DNA of 32,000 nucleotides from Parasynechococcus marenigrum WH 8102 (GTDB lineage Bacteria; Cyanobacteriota; Cyanobacteriia; PCC-6307; Cyanobiaceae): NCBI RefSeq assembly GCF_000195975.1, contig NC_005070.1, positions 2,190,001 to 2,222,000 of the forward strand, read 5' to 3'. Shown piece by piece: positions 16,701 to 25,472 of this stretch (position 1 is its first letter; each line of letters starts with the position of its first letter). The notes under the pieces were generated by a model. It saw only the letters and a program-made list of their open reading frames with translations, ran no database searches and was not told where the DNA came from. The position numbers and the translations under genes were made by a program.

Positions 16701-17704
16701 CTGGCATCCCAAATACTGCGGTAACCATTTAATTCATATTCATTTAGGGCATAGACAGTGTCGCCGGCGTTGCTTTGATGGTTCGGGCCGTAAAGATACT
16801 GGACAGCAGCAATATCAATTGGTCCAAGATTTTCAAGGTAGCCGTCAATGGATTGATAGCCAGGAGAAACATCATCGAGTTGCCCACTGGCATCGCTTAC
16901 CGCGAGGTACGACGATGAATCGTTGTAGGTCATTACCGTCCACGGCGTGGAATTATTGTCAAACTCTCCGGCGGACGAGTCAGCTCCTTCACTCACACCT
17001 GGAAACAATGCACTCTCGTAGCTATTCCAGCCAGCTTCTCCACCGTTGTGGGGATGGGCTAGACCAAGAGCATGCCCCAGCTCATGGATATAAGTCAGAT
17101 AAAAATAAGATCCGGACTCAACCTCTCCACCATCGGCATCATAATCCTCGTTGAAAATGATTACGCCACTAGCGGCTGTTGCCTCAGAATCACCAGGGAA
17201 ATCGGCAATACCATGATAAATGCTTTCATCAGCTGATACTCCCCAAGCGATTGTTGTATTTCCCGAGAGGCTGCTGGATGCTTCAAAGCTCAATTGAGCG
17301 ACGTCTGAAAAAGCCTTCATCGAGGCTTCAATGGCTTCCTGCTCTCCAGGCTTCGGGGTTACAGCATTAAATGTATCTCCAGCAGCGGAAATTGAATCAC
17401 CCGTCTGGCCTATGTAATATGTAAGTTTAGTGGGCTCGAAACCATTCTGGCCGAGATAATCATCAGGATCCGCGTCTCCCCATTTAGTATTTAACAACAG
17501 CCCATTAATCAATGGACTGTTCAAGTCATACAAAGGGTCAAAGAGTATGTTGTAGGGATCATAGGAGTCGTGTGTATCATACAAGTTGTGGATATCATAG
17601 AAAGCCGAAAATTGATCCGTTCTTGCACTGAACGACCTTTGCAAAATCTCATCAGCATTGCCCTCTGCCTGGAACTGGAGGCTACCGAACGCGTTGCTGG
17701 ACAT
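7435..17704 (-). CDS. Single giant (~3,420-3,440 aa) secreted serralysin/RTX multidomain surface protein, interrupted as sequenced by a 1-nt frameshift at 13778-13785
   Basis: The two track ORFs (13763..17755 and 7435..13479) join when one base of the C8 run is removed (see findings). The likely start is the ATG at 17704 (MSSNAFGS...); the track's GTG at 17755 lies only a few nt from a -10-like TAATAT. No Sec signal or lipobox is visible. The protein is acidic and rich in D/E/S/T/G, with a single Cys. Confidence 0.8.
7513..8280 (-). repeat. 31 uninterrupted 8-residue repeats (16-residue super-unit) near the C-terminus
   Basis: [64 protein letters not shown] ... [17 protein letters not shown] hydrophobic residue sits at positions 1 and 6 of every octad, alternating FTxxQVxx and LxxxAVxG types. 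An internal duplication of about 64 aa is present ([27 protein letters not shown]... versus [27 protein letters not shown]...). Confidence 0.9.
8335..8790 (-). repeat. Pro/Thr/Ser low-complexity linker built from 24-bp units (ATPTPSPS)n and (PT)n runs
   Basis: On the plus strand gctgatggcga(t/c)ggagtcggcgt(t/a) is repeated about 8 times, then (PT)n, then 3 more copies, then (PT)n. The protein reads [34 protein letters not shown](ATPTPSPS)3...(ATPTPSPS)~9ATPDPTPTA. Confidence 0.95.
9400..14690 (-). repeat. About 12 divergent tandem protein modules (~150 aa each) with DxDxDG-type loops
   Basis: A signature recurs in each module: TDTTG..L....G.LYI.D...I.D..G...(W/Y)G....A.AVE.....Y.LAVK....W(E/Q)(V/I)...(S/D).G.(I/L)(D/S)W....W...I...E..F.(Q/E)DL(D/N)(G/D/N)(D/N)G..G(I/L/V)(D/N). 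The loop instances are [154 protein letters not shown] and [14 protein letters not shown]. Confidence 0.7.
13081..13236 (-). repeat. Nucleotide-perfect 27-bp tandem repeat x5 plus partial and degenerate copies, encoding RTX nonapeptides GGEGYDTIS (RTX block 2)
   Basis: The unit agaaatcgtgtcataaccttctccgcc occurs identically at 13081-13107, 13108-13134, 13135-13161, 13162-13188 and 13189-13215. A partial copy spans 13216-13236 and degenerate copies span ~13045-13080. The protein reads DTISGGEGY x5, then [18 protein letters not shown]. Confidence 0.95.
13763..17704 (-). CDS. Giant protein, upstream segment (frame A): serralysin-like protease, RTX, unknown domains, cupredoxin-like segment and the first two modules
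   Basis: Contains [11 protein letters not shown] (HExxHxxGxxH), the Met-turn-like [30 protein letters not shown]...VIDLR, and [35 protein letters not shown]. The last 4 codons (KCCF*) are out-of-frame readthrough after the G8 run. Confidence 0.8.
14738..15103 (-). other. Cupredoxin-like segment with a candidate type-1 copper ligand set (H...C-x2-H-x2-M)
   Basis: [40 protein letters not shown]...(55 residues His to Cys)...[19 protein letters not shown]. The Cys codon lies at 14777-14779 and the Met codon at 14759-14761. Motif-level call only. Confidence 0.35.
16331..16444 (-). repeat. RTX (GGxGxDxUx) calcium-binding nonapeptide block 1, directly after the protease domain
   Basis: [38 protein letters not shown]. 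Confidence 0.8.
17054..17086 (-). other. Metzincin zinc-binding motif [11 protein letters not shown]
   Basis: The reverse complement of 17054-17086 reads CAT GAG CTG GGG CAT GCT CTT GGT CTA GCC CAT. Confidence 0.85.
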
Positions 17705-17766
17705 AGCCAAGAGAGATGGTGCAGAACTTCTTGCTAGCAAGAAAAGGCCGTCCACTCTGTTTGTGA

Positions 17767-17797
17767 ATATTATTTAAGGGATTAATTGGTCCTTCAA
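17767..17797 (-). promoter_or_regulatory. Possible promoter of the giant gene (TTGAAG-N19-TAATAT)
   Basis: On the minus strand TAATAT lies at 17772..17767 and TTGAAG at 17797..17792. The 19-nt spacer is longer than optimal. Pattern match only. Confidence 0.2.
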
Positions 17798-17829
17798 GGG
17801 CTTTGCCAAGCCCCAAAACGTCCCTGCTC

Positions 17830-19008
17830 TCAAGCCTGGGGGGAGCCATCTCCGACCAGCCATTGGCGCCACCTCAGCCGTTCCCACTTGCCCATGGCGT
17901 TTCGGCTTAACCCTGGGCATTGCAACCAACGCTTGGGACGCTCATGTCTGAGCCATGAGCGCGTCATCTGGCGCAGTGACCCGATCAAGGCCATGTCCGT
18001 AGTTCCTACTAGAGCAACCAACCGTTCACCCCACTCCGGATCCGGTTCGGACAACAGCAACACCGGAATCGGTGCCAGTTTCACGATCATCATGTTCAGT
18101 TGAAGTCGAGCTTCAAGTTGCTCTGGGAACACCGTTTCACCTCCGGTTTGCAACGCACCATCTCGACGACCCAGCACCGTGAGCTCGGGATCCAATGAGG
18201 CTGCGTCCCCCGAGCGCCACCAACCCTGGACATCCGTCAAAGCCTGTAGCCGCAGAGGATCACCAGCCGACCAACGGCCTACGGCCAACCGAGGGGTGCG
18301 CACCAACAGCGCTTGATCAGCATCCAAGCGGAGTTCCACATCGTTGAGAGCAATGCCACAACCTGACTGTCCGGCCAGGAAGCGCTCCGGCGTTTGCACA
18401 GCCACCATGGCAGCCGTTTCGGTAGCGCCGTAACTGGGGGACAAGCGCAAGCCATGGGATCGTGCCTGATCAGCCAGCGACTCAGGCAGCGCTGCCCCGC
18501 CCACCCAGATCACGGCACAGACCTGCAACCAAGCCAACCCGGCGGGGTCTGCCATTAACCGATGCAATTGGGTGGGGACTAGCGACACCACAACAGGCGC
18601 AATGCCCCAATCAGGTAATCGCTCGCAGACCTGAAGCAAACCAGCAGGGGCCTTCATCAAGGACGGCGTCAACTGCACATGACGGGCCCCCCAGCAGCGG
18701 CTCCGCCACCAGGGCATTAACCCGCTGATGTGATGCAGCGGCAGCGGATTGAGCAGCAACGCCTCCGCTGGATCAACACCGATACCCTCCAACCAATTGG
18801 CGGTTGCACTGGCGGATTGATCCAGATGACTCCAGGGCTGCAAGCAAACCTGGCGCCCACCACTGCTGCCGCCGCTGGACACCAGCACACCATCACCCTC
18901 CGGCAGGAGCTGAGCCGGCACCATCGGTCGGCGTTCACCGGGATGTTGAAGCGGCAACCAGCCCCGCCGATCAAGACCTTGCAGCAACATATCGACATCG
19001 ATCTCCAT
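17830..19008 (-). CDS. menE: O-succinylbenzoate-CoA ligase
   Basis: Adenylate-forming enzyme motifs are present: VSSGGSSGGRQV, YGATETAAMV and WWRSGDAASLD. I prefer the start at the ATG at 19008 (MEIDVDMLLQG), which overlaps the menC stop as TGATG. The track's longer 436-aa version adds an implausible Gly/Ala-rich extension. Confidence 0.85.
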   Translation of the reverse strand: MEIDVDMLLQGLDRRGWLPLQHPGERRPMVPAQLLPEGDGVLVSSGGSSGGRQVCLQPWSHLDQSASATANWLEGIGVDPAEALLLNPLPLHHISGLMPWWRSRCWGARHVQLTPSLMKAPAGLLQVCERLPDWGIAPVVVSLVPTQLHRLMADPAGLAWLQVCAVIWVGGAALPESLADQARSHGLRLSPSYGATETAAMVAVQTPERFLAGQSGCGIALNDVELRLDADQALLVRTPRLAVGRWSAGDPLRLQALTDVQGWWRSGDAASLDPELTVLGRRDGALQTGGETVFPEQLEARLQLNMMIVKLAPIPVLLLSEPDPEWGERLVALVGTTDMALIGSLRQMTRSWLRHERPKRWLQCPGLSRNAMGKWERLRWRQWLVGDGSPQA

Positions 19009-19979
19009 CAGGCCGCCGCCTCCCACACCGCGTTCGGATCGTCGCTGAACAGGGGTCCCGATGGGCACCAGCCCGGCGCGAGCCCAGGCGCCACCGGCGT
19101 TGGGCCTTGTTGCTGAAGCGCCGCCAGATGATGCAGCCAACGGCGGCCGATGCCCGTTTCAAAGGCGGTGCTGAGCATCCGATAGGGCACACACTCCTGC
19201 AGCTGCCGCAACAGCGGCCGTGGATCCCCCTCCAACAGCGGACGCCGCACCTGCCATCCACACCAATGGTCCCGCAGAGATGGGTCCTGATCGAGCGATT
19301 CATCCAAAGCCACCGGTCCCAAGCCCGCCAGCTCGTCCAATCCCTCTTGATCGTTGGGCGCCAGGGGCTGCTCCAACCAGGCAAAGCGTGGATCCCCCAC
19401 CAGCCGTTCCATCCAGCGGCGGGCCGTGGCCCGGCTCCAGCCACCGTTGGCATCCAGCCGCAGGGAGGCCGTGGACGGCAGCCGCTCCAACAACGCCTCC
19501 AGCAGCAACCACTCCTGGGGGTCCGGATCTGCCGCCACCTTCCACTTCACCGTCAACTGCCGTTGCCGGCCCCGCTGCTCCAGCAGTTGTTCAAGCTGAT
19601 GCAGCATCCGATCACCAGCCGGCAGCAGCTCGGCCGACCTGGGCGCCGCCAACCAGCCCTGCCGAGCAGCTTTACCCACCAGCCCATCCAGTTCCGCCAA
19701 GGCTGCACCGACCCCGAAGCCCAAAGCGGGGGACAGCATTGGAAGCCGTTCCTCCAGATGTGAACGCGACATCCACTCCCCGACCAGCTGCTCCAGACCC
19801 ACTGCGCACAGGGGTCGCTCAGCGAAATCGAGCGGCGCCACCTCCCCCCACCCCAGGGCTCCATCGCTGGCCTCGATCCGCAGCAACCAGCCTTCGCGGG
19901 CGTCCAGCACTCCCGCAGCGGTCCGCAACGGCTGTCGCAACGAAAAGCGAAAGCGGCGCCCCTGCAGCTGGAGACGCAT
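19008..19979 (-). CDS. menC: o-Succinylbenzoate synthase (enolase superfamily)
   Basis: MRLQLQGRRFRFSLRQPLRTAAGVL...GWGEVAPL...LRLDANGGW...LEQPL. Its ATG at 19979 overlaps the menA stop (TGATG). Confidence 0.85.
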   Translation of the reverse strand: MRLQLQGRRFRFSLRQPLRTAAGVLDAREGWLLRIEASDGALGWGEVAPLDFAERPLCAVGLEQLVGEWMSRSHLEERLPMLSPALGFGVGAALAELDGLVGKAARQGWLAAPRSAELLPAGDRMLHQLEQLLEQRGRQRQLTVKWKVAADPDPQEWLLLEALLERLPSTASLRLDANGGWSRATARRWMERLVGDPRFAWLEQPLAPNDQEGLDELAGLGPVALDESLDQDPSLRDHWCGWQVRRPLLEGDPRPLLRQLQECVPYRMLSTAFETGIGRRWLHHLAALQQQGPTPVAPGLAPGWCPSGPLFSDDPNAVWEAAA

Positions 19980-20911
19980 CACAGCCTCCCCAGGGCCAGC
20001 CCCAACGCCAAACCAAGCCCGTTCCAGGCCTGAAACCGCAGGGCCAGAAACTTGCTGCCGCTGATGCGGTCCGGCTGGTCATGGCAGCGCTGCATCAAAC
20101 GGATCAAAGCCAGACCCGCTGGAAGCCCCAAGCCGCTCAGCAGCACGGTGAGAGGCCAGTCCCCCCGACACATCGGCAGCCATTCCAGCGCCAGGGTGAG
20201 GGCCACCAACCAGGGAATCAGGGCCGCTGCCCGGGCGGTGCCCAGCCGCACCACCGGTGAGCGTTTGCCATGGGCCGAGTCCTCGCTCACCTGATGGAAA
20301 TGGGAGCAGAACAGCACCAGGCTGGTGGCCACAGCCGGTCCTGCCCCGAGCATCCAGGCGGTTGCCCAGGGAATGACATTTGCCCCCTGCGGTTCCAGCA
20401 CCATCAGGGCTGCAGCGGTGGCACAGGGACCAAAGGCCAGCCAGCAGAGCGGTTCTCCCAGACCTCGGTAACCCAGACGAAACGGAGGTCCCTGGTAGAT
20501 GTAACCAAGGCCGCAGCACAGCAACACCAGGGCCAACACCAACACGGAGCTGCACCAGGCCAACCAGGCCATCAAAGCCAGCCCCGATCCCAGGGATGCC
20601 AGCGACGCCAGGGCAACCCGGTCGCGACGTCCGGTGAGGTTCACCACGGAGTGGGGCTTACCCGTGGTGTCGACTCCTGTATCGGCATCGAACAGGTCGT
20701 TGCTGAGGTTCTCCCAGAGCAGCAGCAGGATGGCCGCCAGCAGAAACCCGAACAACTGGGTCCAGCGCAGCGATCCGACGGCACCGATTCGCCACCCCGC
20801 CGCCAGCAAAACGGGCATCACGGCCACGGAATACATCGGCCACTTGATCGCGGCTTTCCACAGCAGGCGCCGATCGGCGTAACGGGATGCGACAGCCTGC
20901 GGCTCAACCAT
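19979..20911 (-). CDS. menA: 1,4-dihydroxy-2-naphthoate phytyltransferase (UbiA family)
   Basis: Polytopic membrane protein with NDLFDADTGVD (NDxxDxxxD). The likely start is MVEPQAVASRYADRRLLWKAAIKWPMY at 20911. The longer track ORF overlaps the divergent menF start. Confidence 0.85.
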   Translation of the reverse strand: MVEPQAVASRYADRRLLWKAAIKWPMYSVAVMPVLLAAGWRIGAVGSLRWTQLFGFLLAAILLLLWENLSNDLFDADTGVDTTGKPHSVVNLTGRRDRVALASLASLGSGLALMAWLAWCSSVLVLALVLLCCGLGYIYQGPPFRLGYRGLGEPLCWLAFGPCATAAALMVLEPQGANVIPWATAWMLGAGPAVATSLVLFCSHFHQVSEDSAHGKRSPVVRLGTARAAALIPWLVALTLALEWLPMCRGDWPLTVLLSGLGLPAGLALIRLMQRCHDQPDRISGSKFLALRFQAWNGLGLALGLALGRL

Positions 20912-20981
20912 GGACCGGACCCGATTCCAGCGGGTGATGACCCATACATTTGAGCAGTAACCCTGGCCGGAATCGCCGCGA

Positions 20982-22388
20982 ATGTCGGCTGATTGTTCTT
21001 TCAGCAGTGTTCTCGAGGCCTCCCAGCAGGGCTGGATGTCTTCTGGTGGCGAGGACACGCTGCTCAGCCTGGCTCTGCCCCTCGACGGCATCGATCCGCT
21101 CCATGCCCTGCCGGTGCTGGCGGATCAGGCGTCGTTTCAGATGCTGATGGATGGTGCTCCAGGGCTCTGTCTGGCGGCTGCAGGGTCCTGCCAGCAGCTG
21201 GAACTGGCCGGTGCGCGTCGTTTCGAGCTGGCCCAGCGCTTCACCGATCTGAGCCTCAACCGTCTGGTGGACACCAGGGCCATCAGCCCTGCCCAGGCCA
21301 GGCCAAGGGTGTTGCTTCGCTTCCGCTTTTTCGAACAGGTCGGAGAACACCATCACGGCGCCATGCATCCTCCCGCCGTGGAAGCAGTGCTGCCCCGCTG
21401 GCAGCTCACCCGTCAGGGCCGCCGTGGCTGGCTCCGCCTCAATGGGGTCGTCAACTCCGCAGCCGAAGCCCGGGAGCTGGCCGAACAGCTGTGGCTCAAA
21501 TGCGAACAACTCCAAGCCGACCTGCCGTTTATCACCTCCAGTCGATCACCGACGCAGCTGGCCAACGGCAACCCGGATCTGTGGAAACAGCGCTACAGCC
21601 GGGCTGTTGAGCGCGGCATCGAACTGGTCAATGGCGGAGAGCTGCACAAGCTGGTGCTGGCGGTGCGGCACACCATCGATCTGGACAACCGCTTCAATCC
21701 CCTACCCCTGCTGCAACGACTGCGGCGTCAGCAGGCCGGCAGCTGCCGCTTCCAGTGGCAACGAGAAGCTGATGATGTGTTCTTCGGCGCTTCACCCGAA
21801 CGCCTGCTGAGCCTGAGGGGGGGCTGGCTGCGCAGTGATGCCCTCGCCGGCACCGCGGGTGAGGGTGATGACGGCATGCAACTGCTGCGCTCCGACAAGG
21901 ACCGCCGTGAACATGAGCTGGTGGTGGACACACTCACCAACCAGTTGCGGCAGATGGGACTGACTCCCTGCCGCCGCCGCCAGCCGCAGCTGGCCCGCCA
22001 CGGCCAACTCACCCATCTGCACACCCCGATCACAGCTGAAGTGCAGGGACGATCTGCGCTCAGCTTGGCGGAACAACTGCACCCGACCCCGGCAGTTGCA
22101 GGCTTGCCACGGCGAGAGGCCATGGCCTGGTTGCGCACCCTTGAACCGTTCGAACGGGGATGTTATGCCGCGCCGATCGGCTGGATTGACAGCGCCGGGG
22201 ACGCCGAGCTCAGGGTGGCGATCCGTTGCGGTCACGCCCGCGGGCGCCATCTCGATCTCACCGCCGGAGCAGGGCTGGTGCGCGGGTCCATCGCTGAACG
22301 GGAACGCCAGGAAGTGGAACTGAAGCTGGCGGTCCTCGCCGATCAGCTGAAACTTCAGACCAGTGAGCGCAACCGTTCGATCGTCTGA
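20982..22388 (+). CDS. menF: Isochorismate synthase
   Basis: 468-aa ORF with a chorismate-binding C-terminus: [12 protein letters not shown]...[26 protein letters not shown]...AGAGLV.GS....E..E...K. Confidence 0.88.
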   Translation: MSADCSFSSVLEASQQGWMSSGGEDTLLSLALPLDGIDPLHALPVLADQASFQMLMDGAPGLCLAAAGSCQQLELAGARRFELAQRFTDLSLNRLVDTRAISPAQARPRVLLRFRFFEQVGEHHHGAMHPPAVEAVLPRWQLTRQGRRGWLRLNGVVNSAAEARELAEQLWLKCEQLQADLPFITSSRSPTQLANGNPDLWKQRYSRAVERGIELVNGGELHKLVLAVRHTIDLDNRFNPLPLLQRLRRQQAGSCRFQWQREADDVFFGASPERLLSLRGGWLRSDALAGTAGEGDDGMQLLRSDKDRREHELVVDTLTNQLRQMGLTPCRRRQPQLARHGQLTHLHTPITAEVQGRSALSLAEQLHPTPAVAGLPRREAMAWLRTLEPFERGCYAAPIGWIDSAGDAELRVAIRCGHARGRHLDLTAGAGLVRGSIAERERQEVELKLAVLADQLKLQTSERNRSIV

Positions 22389-23278
22389 TCCGCCAAGGGC
22401 TCCTGCATCAAGCGTTCCACTTCCCGCACGCCGGTGGGACTGGTGACATTGATCTCGCTGAGCATGCCGCCGATCACATCGATGCCAACGAAGAACAACC
22501 CTTCTGCCCGCAGAGCCGGTGCCAACGCTGCACAGATCTGACGCTCAGGCTCGCTCAATTCCGTTGCTTCGGCCTGTCCACCCACCGCCAGATTGCTGCG
22601 GAACTCCCCCTCCGACGGGCGACGATTCACCGCACCAAGGGGGTCGCCGTCCACCAGCAGGATCCGCTTATCACCCTCCGTCACGTCAGGCAGAAAGCGT
22701 TGGGCCATCACAGGCAGCCGTTCCTGCTCCGTCACCAACTCCAACAAGGCCTTGAGGCCCGGTGCCTCGGCCTGCACGCGGATCACGCCAAGTCCCGCTC
22801 GACCGCCGAGGGGCTTGAGCACCACGTCGCCCTGCTCCCGGGCAAAGGCCATCAACTCGGAGACCCGGCCGGCCACCAGGGTGGGCGCCATCCAGCGGCT
22901 GAAGCGCAGGGCACCGAGTTTTTCGTTCCAGGCCCGCAGGGCACTGGGACGGTTCAACACACGAACACCAGCCCGCTCCGCCACCTCCAGGAGATGGGTG
23001 GCATAGAGATACGCCTCGTCAACAGGTGGATCCTTCCGCATCCAGATCACGTCAAACCCGGCCAGAGACTGACGTTCTGGCGCTCCAACAGCGATCCAGG
23101 GGTCCGGTGTCACAGGCAACGCCACCGCCATGGGCTCATCCCCTCGGGCGATCAAGTCCGAAGGCGTACAGGACCAGATGTCATCCCCGGCCCGCTGGGC
23201 CGCTTGCATCAACGCGGCGGTGGAATCCTTCTCCGGCCGGATCTGCGACAGCGGATCCAGCACGAACAGCTGGCGCAT
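22355..23278 (-). CDS. gshB: Glutathione synthetase
   Basis: 307-aa [31 protein letters not shown] and the ATP-grasp part ([43 protein letters not shown]) are typical of prokaryotic GshB. Confidence 0.92.
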   Translation of the reverse strand: MRQLFVLDPLSQIRPEKDSTAALMQAAQRAGDDIWSCTPSDLIARGDEPMAVALPVTPDPWIAVGAPERQSLAGFDVIWMRKDPPVDEAYLYATHLLEVAERAGVRVLNRPSALRAWNEKLGALRFSRWMAPTLVAGRVSELMAFAREQGDVVLKPLGGRAGLGVIRVQAEAPGLKALLELVTEQERLPVMAQRFLPDVTEGDKRILLVDGDPLGAVNRRPSEGEFRSNLAVGGQAEATELSEPERQICAALAPALRAEGLFFVGIDVIGGMLSEINVTSPTGVREVERLMQEPLADQTIERLRSLV

Positions 23279-23281
23279 GGC

Positions 23282-23539
23282 TCAGGCGTTCAGCAGGGGA
23301 TCGAGCTCACCGGACCGCTCGAGGGCGTGGAGGTCATCGCAACCACCGATGTGACGGTCGTCGATGAAGATCTGGGGAACACTGCGGCGGCCATCACCAC
23401 GGGCGGCCATGGCATCGCGGCCGGGTTCGTCACCATCCACGGCATGCTCGGTGTAACTCACACCTTTGCGGTCCAACAGACCCTTGGCGCGAACGCAGAA
23501 GGGGCAGGTGCGCCAGGTGTAGATCTCGACCTTGGCCAT
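23282..23539 (-). CDS. grxC: Glutaredoxin 3
   Basis: 85-aa ORF with the CPFC active site ([13 protein letters not shown]), SVPQIFI and IGGCDDL. Confidence 0.93.
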   Translation of the reverse strand: MAKVEIYTWRTCPFCVRAKGLLDRKGVSYTEHAVDGDEPGRDAMAARGDGRRSVPQIFIDDRHIGGCDDLHALERSGELDPLLNA

Positions 23540-23614
23540 GGAGATGCTCCAGCTGTGCGGATCCTATGCAGCGGCGGCACTGATAGCGTCAACAATTGAT
23601 CAGAACCGCAGTCC

Positions 23615-24743
23615 TTGCTGGATCTCACCGACTTCAAGCGCGATCTCTCCGAGCTCACTGACCGCCTGGGCCATGCCCAGGACTGTCTTTGACGTCCCCG
23701 CACTGAAGGCCAGACAACAAGATCTAGAACAACTCGCCGCCCAGCCTGATTTCTGGGATGACCAGCAGGCGGCCCAGAAGCAGATGCGCCGCCTGGATGA
23801 GGTGAAGGCGCAGCTGCAGCAGCTGGCGGACTGGGGCGGTGCTGTGGACGATGCCAAGGCAACGCTGGAGCTCTACGAGCTGGAACCGGACGAGGAGATG
23901 CTCACCGAGGCCCAGGAGGGCCTCAATCAACTGCGCCAGGGCTTGGACCGCTGGGAGCTGGAACGCCTGCTCAGTGGTGATTACGACAAGGAAGGCGCTG
24001 TGCTCACCATCAATGCTGGCGCCGGTGGCACCGATGCTCAGGACTGGGCACAGATGCTGCTGCGCATGTACACACGCTGGGCGGAAGACCACGGCATGAA
24101 GGTGACCGTGGACGAACTCTCCGAGGGTGAGGAAGCAGGCATCAAGAGCTGCACGATCGAGGTGGAAGGCCGTTACGCCTACGGCTATCTACGGAATGAG
24201 AAGGGCACCCACCGACTGGTGCGGATCTCACCGTTCAACGCCAACGACAAGCGTCAGACCAGCTTTGCCGGCATCGAGGTGATGCCCAAGATCGATGAGG
24301 AGGTCGACATCGACATTCCCGAAAAGGATCTGGAGGTCACCACCAGTCGTTCCGGTGGTGCGGGCGGACAGAACGTCAACAAGGTGGAAACAGCGGTGCG
24401 CATCCTCCACATCCCGACGGGCCTGGCGGTGCGTTGCACCCAGGAGCGATCGCAGCTTCAGAACAAGGAAAAGGCCATGGCGCTGCTCAAGGCCAAGCTG
24501 CTGGTGATCGCCCAGGAGCAACGGGCCGCCGAAATCGCCGACATCCGTGGCGACATCGTTGAAGCGGCCTGGGGCAACCAGATCCGCAACTACGTGTTCC
24601 ATCCGTATCAAATGGTCAAGGACCTGCGCACCAGCGAGGAGACCAATGATGTGCAGGCGGTGATGGACGGGGCCCTCGACCCCTTCATCGACGCCTCGTT
24701 GCGCCAGGGTGTAGACAGCCCCGGCGCCGACGCCGATTCCTGA
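23615..24743 (+). CDS. prfB: Peptide chain release factor 2, requiring a programmed +1 frameshift: join(23615..23689,23691..24743)
   Basis: Frame 0 from the TTG at 23615 reads (M)[24 protein letters not shown] and stops at the TGA at 23690-23692. The +1 frame continues [24 protein letters not shown]...SPF...[24 protein letters not shown]. The first ~53 residues of the track ORF (23532..) are out-of-frame noise. Confidence 0.93.
23687..23693 (+). promoter_or_regulatory. prfB: prfB autoregulatory +1 recoding site CTT TGA C
   Basis: The exact heptanucleotide CUU UGA C used for RF2 frameshifting in many bacteria is present, and both flanking frames encode RF2 sequence. Confidence 0.85.
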
Positions 24744-24747
24744 CTTA

Positions 24748-24912
24748 ATGGCCACCGAGAGCACCCCACCACCAAGCTTCGTCAAACAGGCAATGCGCAA
24801 CATGGTGCGCAAGGGCAGCAAAAGCCTGTTCCACTTCGGCCTGACCGCCATGGGGTTTCTGGGCTTCATCACCCTCGTGGCCTGGCTGGGGCGACCGACC
24901 CTGCCGGGATAG
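24748..24912 (+). CDS. Small (54 aa) membrane protein, possibly the conserved cyanobacterial DUF3285 type
   Basis: It reads MATESTPPPSFVKQAMRNMVRKGSKSLFHFGLTAMGFLGFITLVAWLGRPTLPG*. It is below the track's length cut-off and fills the prfB-ybeY gap exactly. The family name is from memory and unverified. Confidence 0.5.
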   Translation: MATESTPPPSFVKQAMRNMVRKGSKSLFHFGLTAMGFLGFITLVAWLGRPTLPG

Positions 24913-24914
24913 GC

Positions 24915-25472
24915 ATGGAGCTTGATCTGGCCCTCGATGCCGCTGGTCCCTGGAGTCCCGAGGACCCCAGCTCCCTGATCGAGACTCAAACCTGGCAGAT
25001 AACTCTGGTCGACTGGATCCAAACGATCTGCGCCGACCCATCACTGCCCTGTCCGGCGTTGGTGTGCCAAGCCGATGAGGTGAGCCTGGGGCTGCGCTTC
25101 ACCGACGACGCCACCATCACCGCGCTCAACAGCACCTGGCGGCAACGGAACCAGGCCACTGATGTGCTGTCGTTTGCGGCGCTGGAGGAAGCCCCAGGCT
25201 TGCCGGACGTGTCGTGCGTGGAACTGGGCGACATCGTGATCTCACTCGACACGGCTCGACGCCAGGCATCGGAGCACGGTCACAACCTCACCCGAGAGCT
25301 GCGCTGGCTGGTGAGCCATGGCCTGTTGCATCTGCTGGGCTGGGACCATCCTGATGAGGAAAGCCTCGTGGCGATGTTGCAACTGCAGGAGCAGCTGCTC
25401 GACGGTGGAAGTAACGTTCGAATCCGAGATCCGCATTCGGTGGACACCACTGTCGACGTCAATGCCCACTGA
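24915..25472 (+). CDS. ybeY: rRNA maturation endoribonuclease YbeY
   Basis: TDVLSFAALEE and the zinc motif HGLLHLLGWDH. Confidence 0.92.
   Translation: MELDLALDAAGPWSPEDPSSLIETQTWQITLVDWIQTICADPSLPCPALVCQADEVSLGLRFTDDATITALNSTWRQRNQATDVLSFAALEEAPGLPDVSCVELGDIVISLDTARRQASEHGHNLTRELRWLVSHGLLHLLGWDHPDEESLVAMLQLQEQLLDGGSNVRIRDPHSVDTTVDVNAH

Noticed and set aside
17798-17813. GGGCTT-tgcc-AAGCCC hairpin after menE considered as a terminator
   Set aside because: The stem is only 6 bp and no U-tract follows on either strand, which is too weak to call.
19009-19140. N-terminal extensions of the track ORFs for menE (to 19140), menA (to 21091), asparaginase (to 28354) and dgkA (from 25318)
   Set aside because: The extensions overlap upstream genes and are low-complexity. 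Internal ATGs that give TGATG/ATGA coupling and canonical N-termini are more plausible.
18804-20260. 319-aa and 346-aa + strand ORFs across menE/menC/menA
   Set aside because: They are antisense shadows of the men genes in GC-rich sequence. The products are low-complexity and rich in Pro, Arg, Ala and Gln.
23532-23690. Track start of prfB at 23532 ([20 protein letters not shown]...)
   Set aside because: This part lies in the +1 frame upstream of the recoding site and overlaps the grxC start. The RF2-like N-terminus ([18 protein letters not shown]) is in frame 0.
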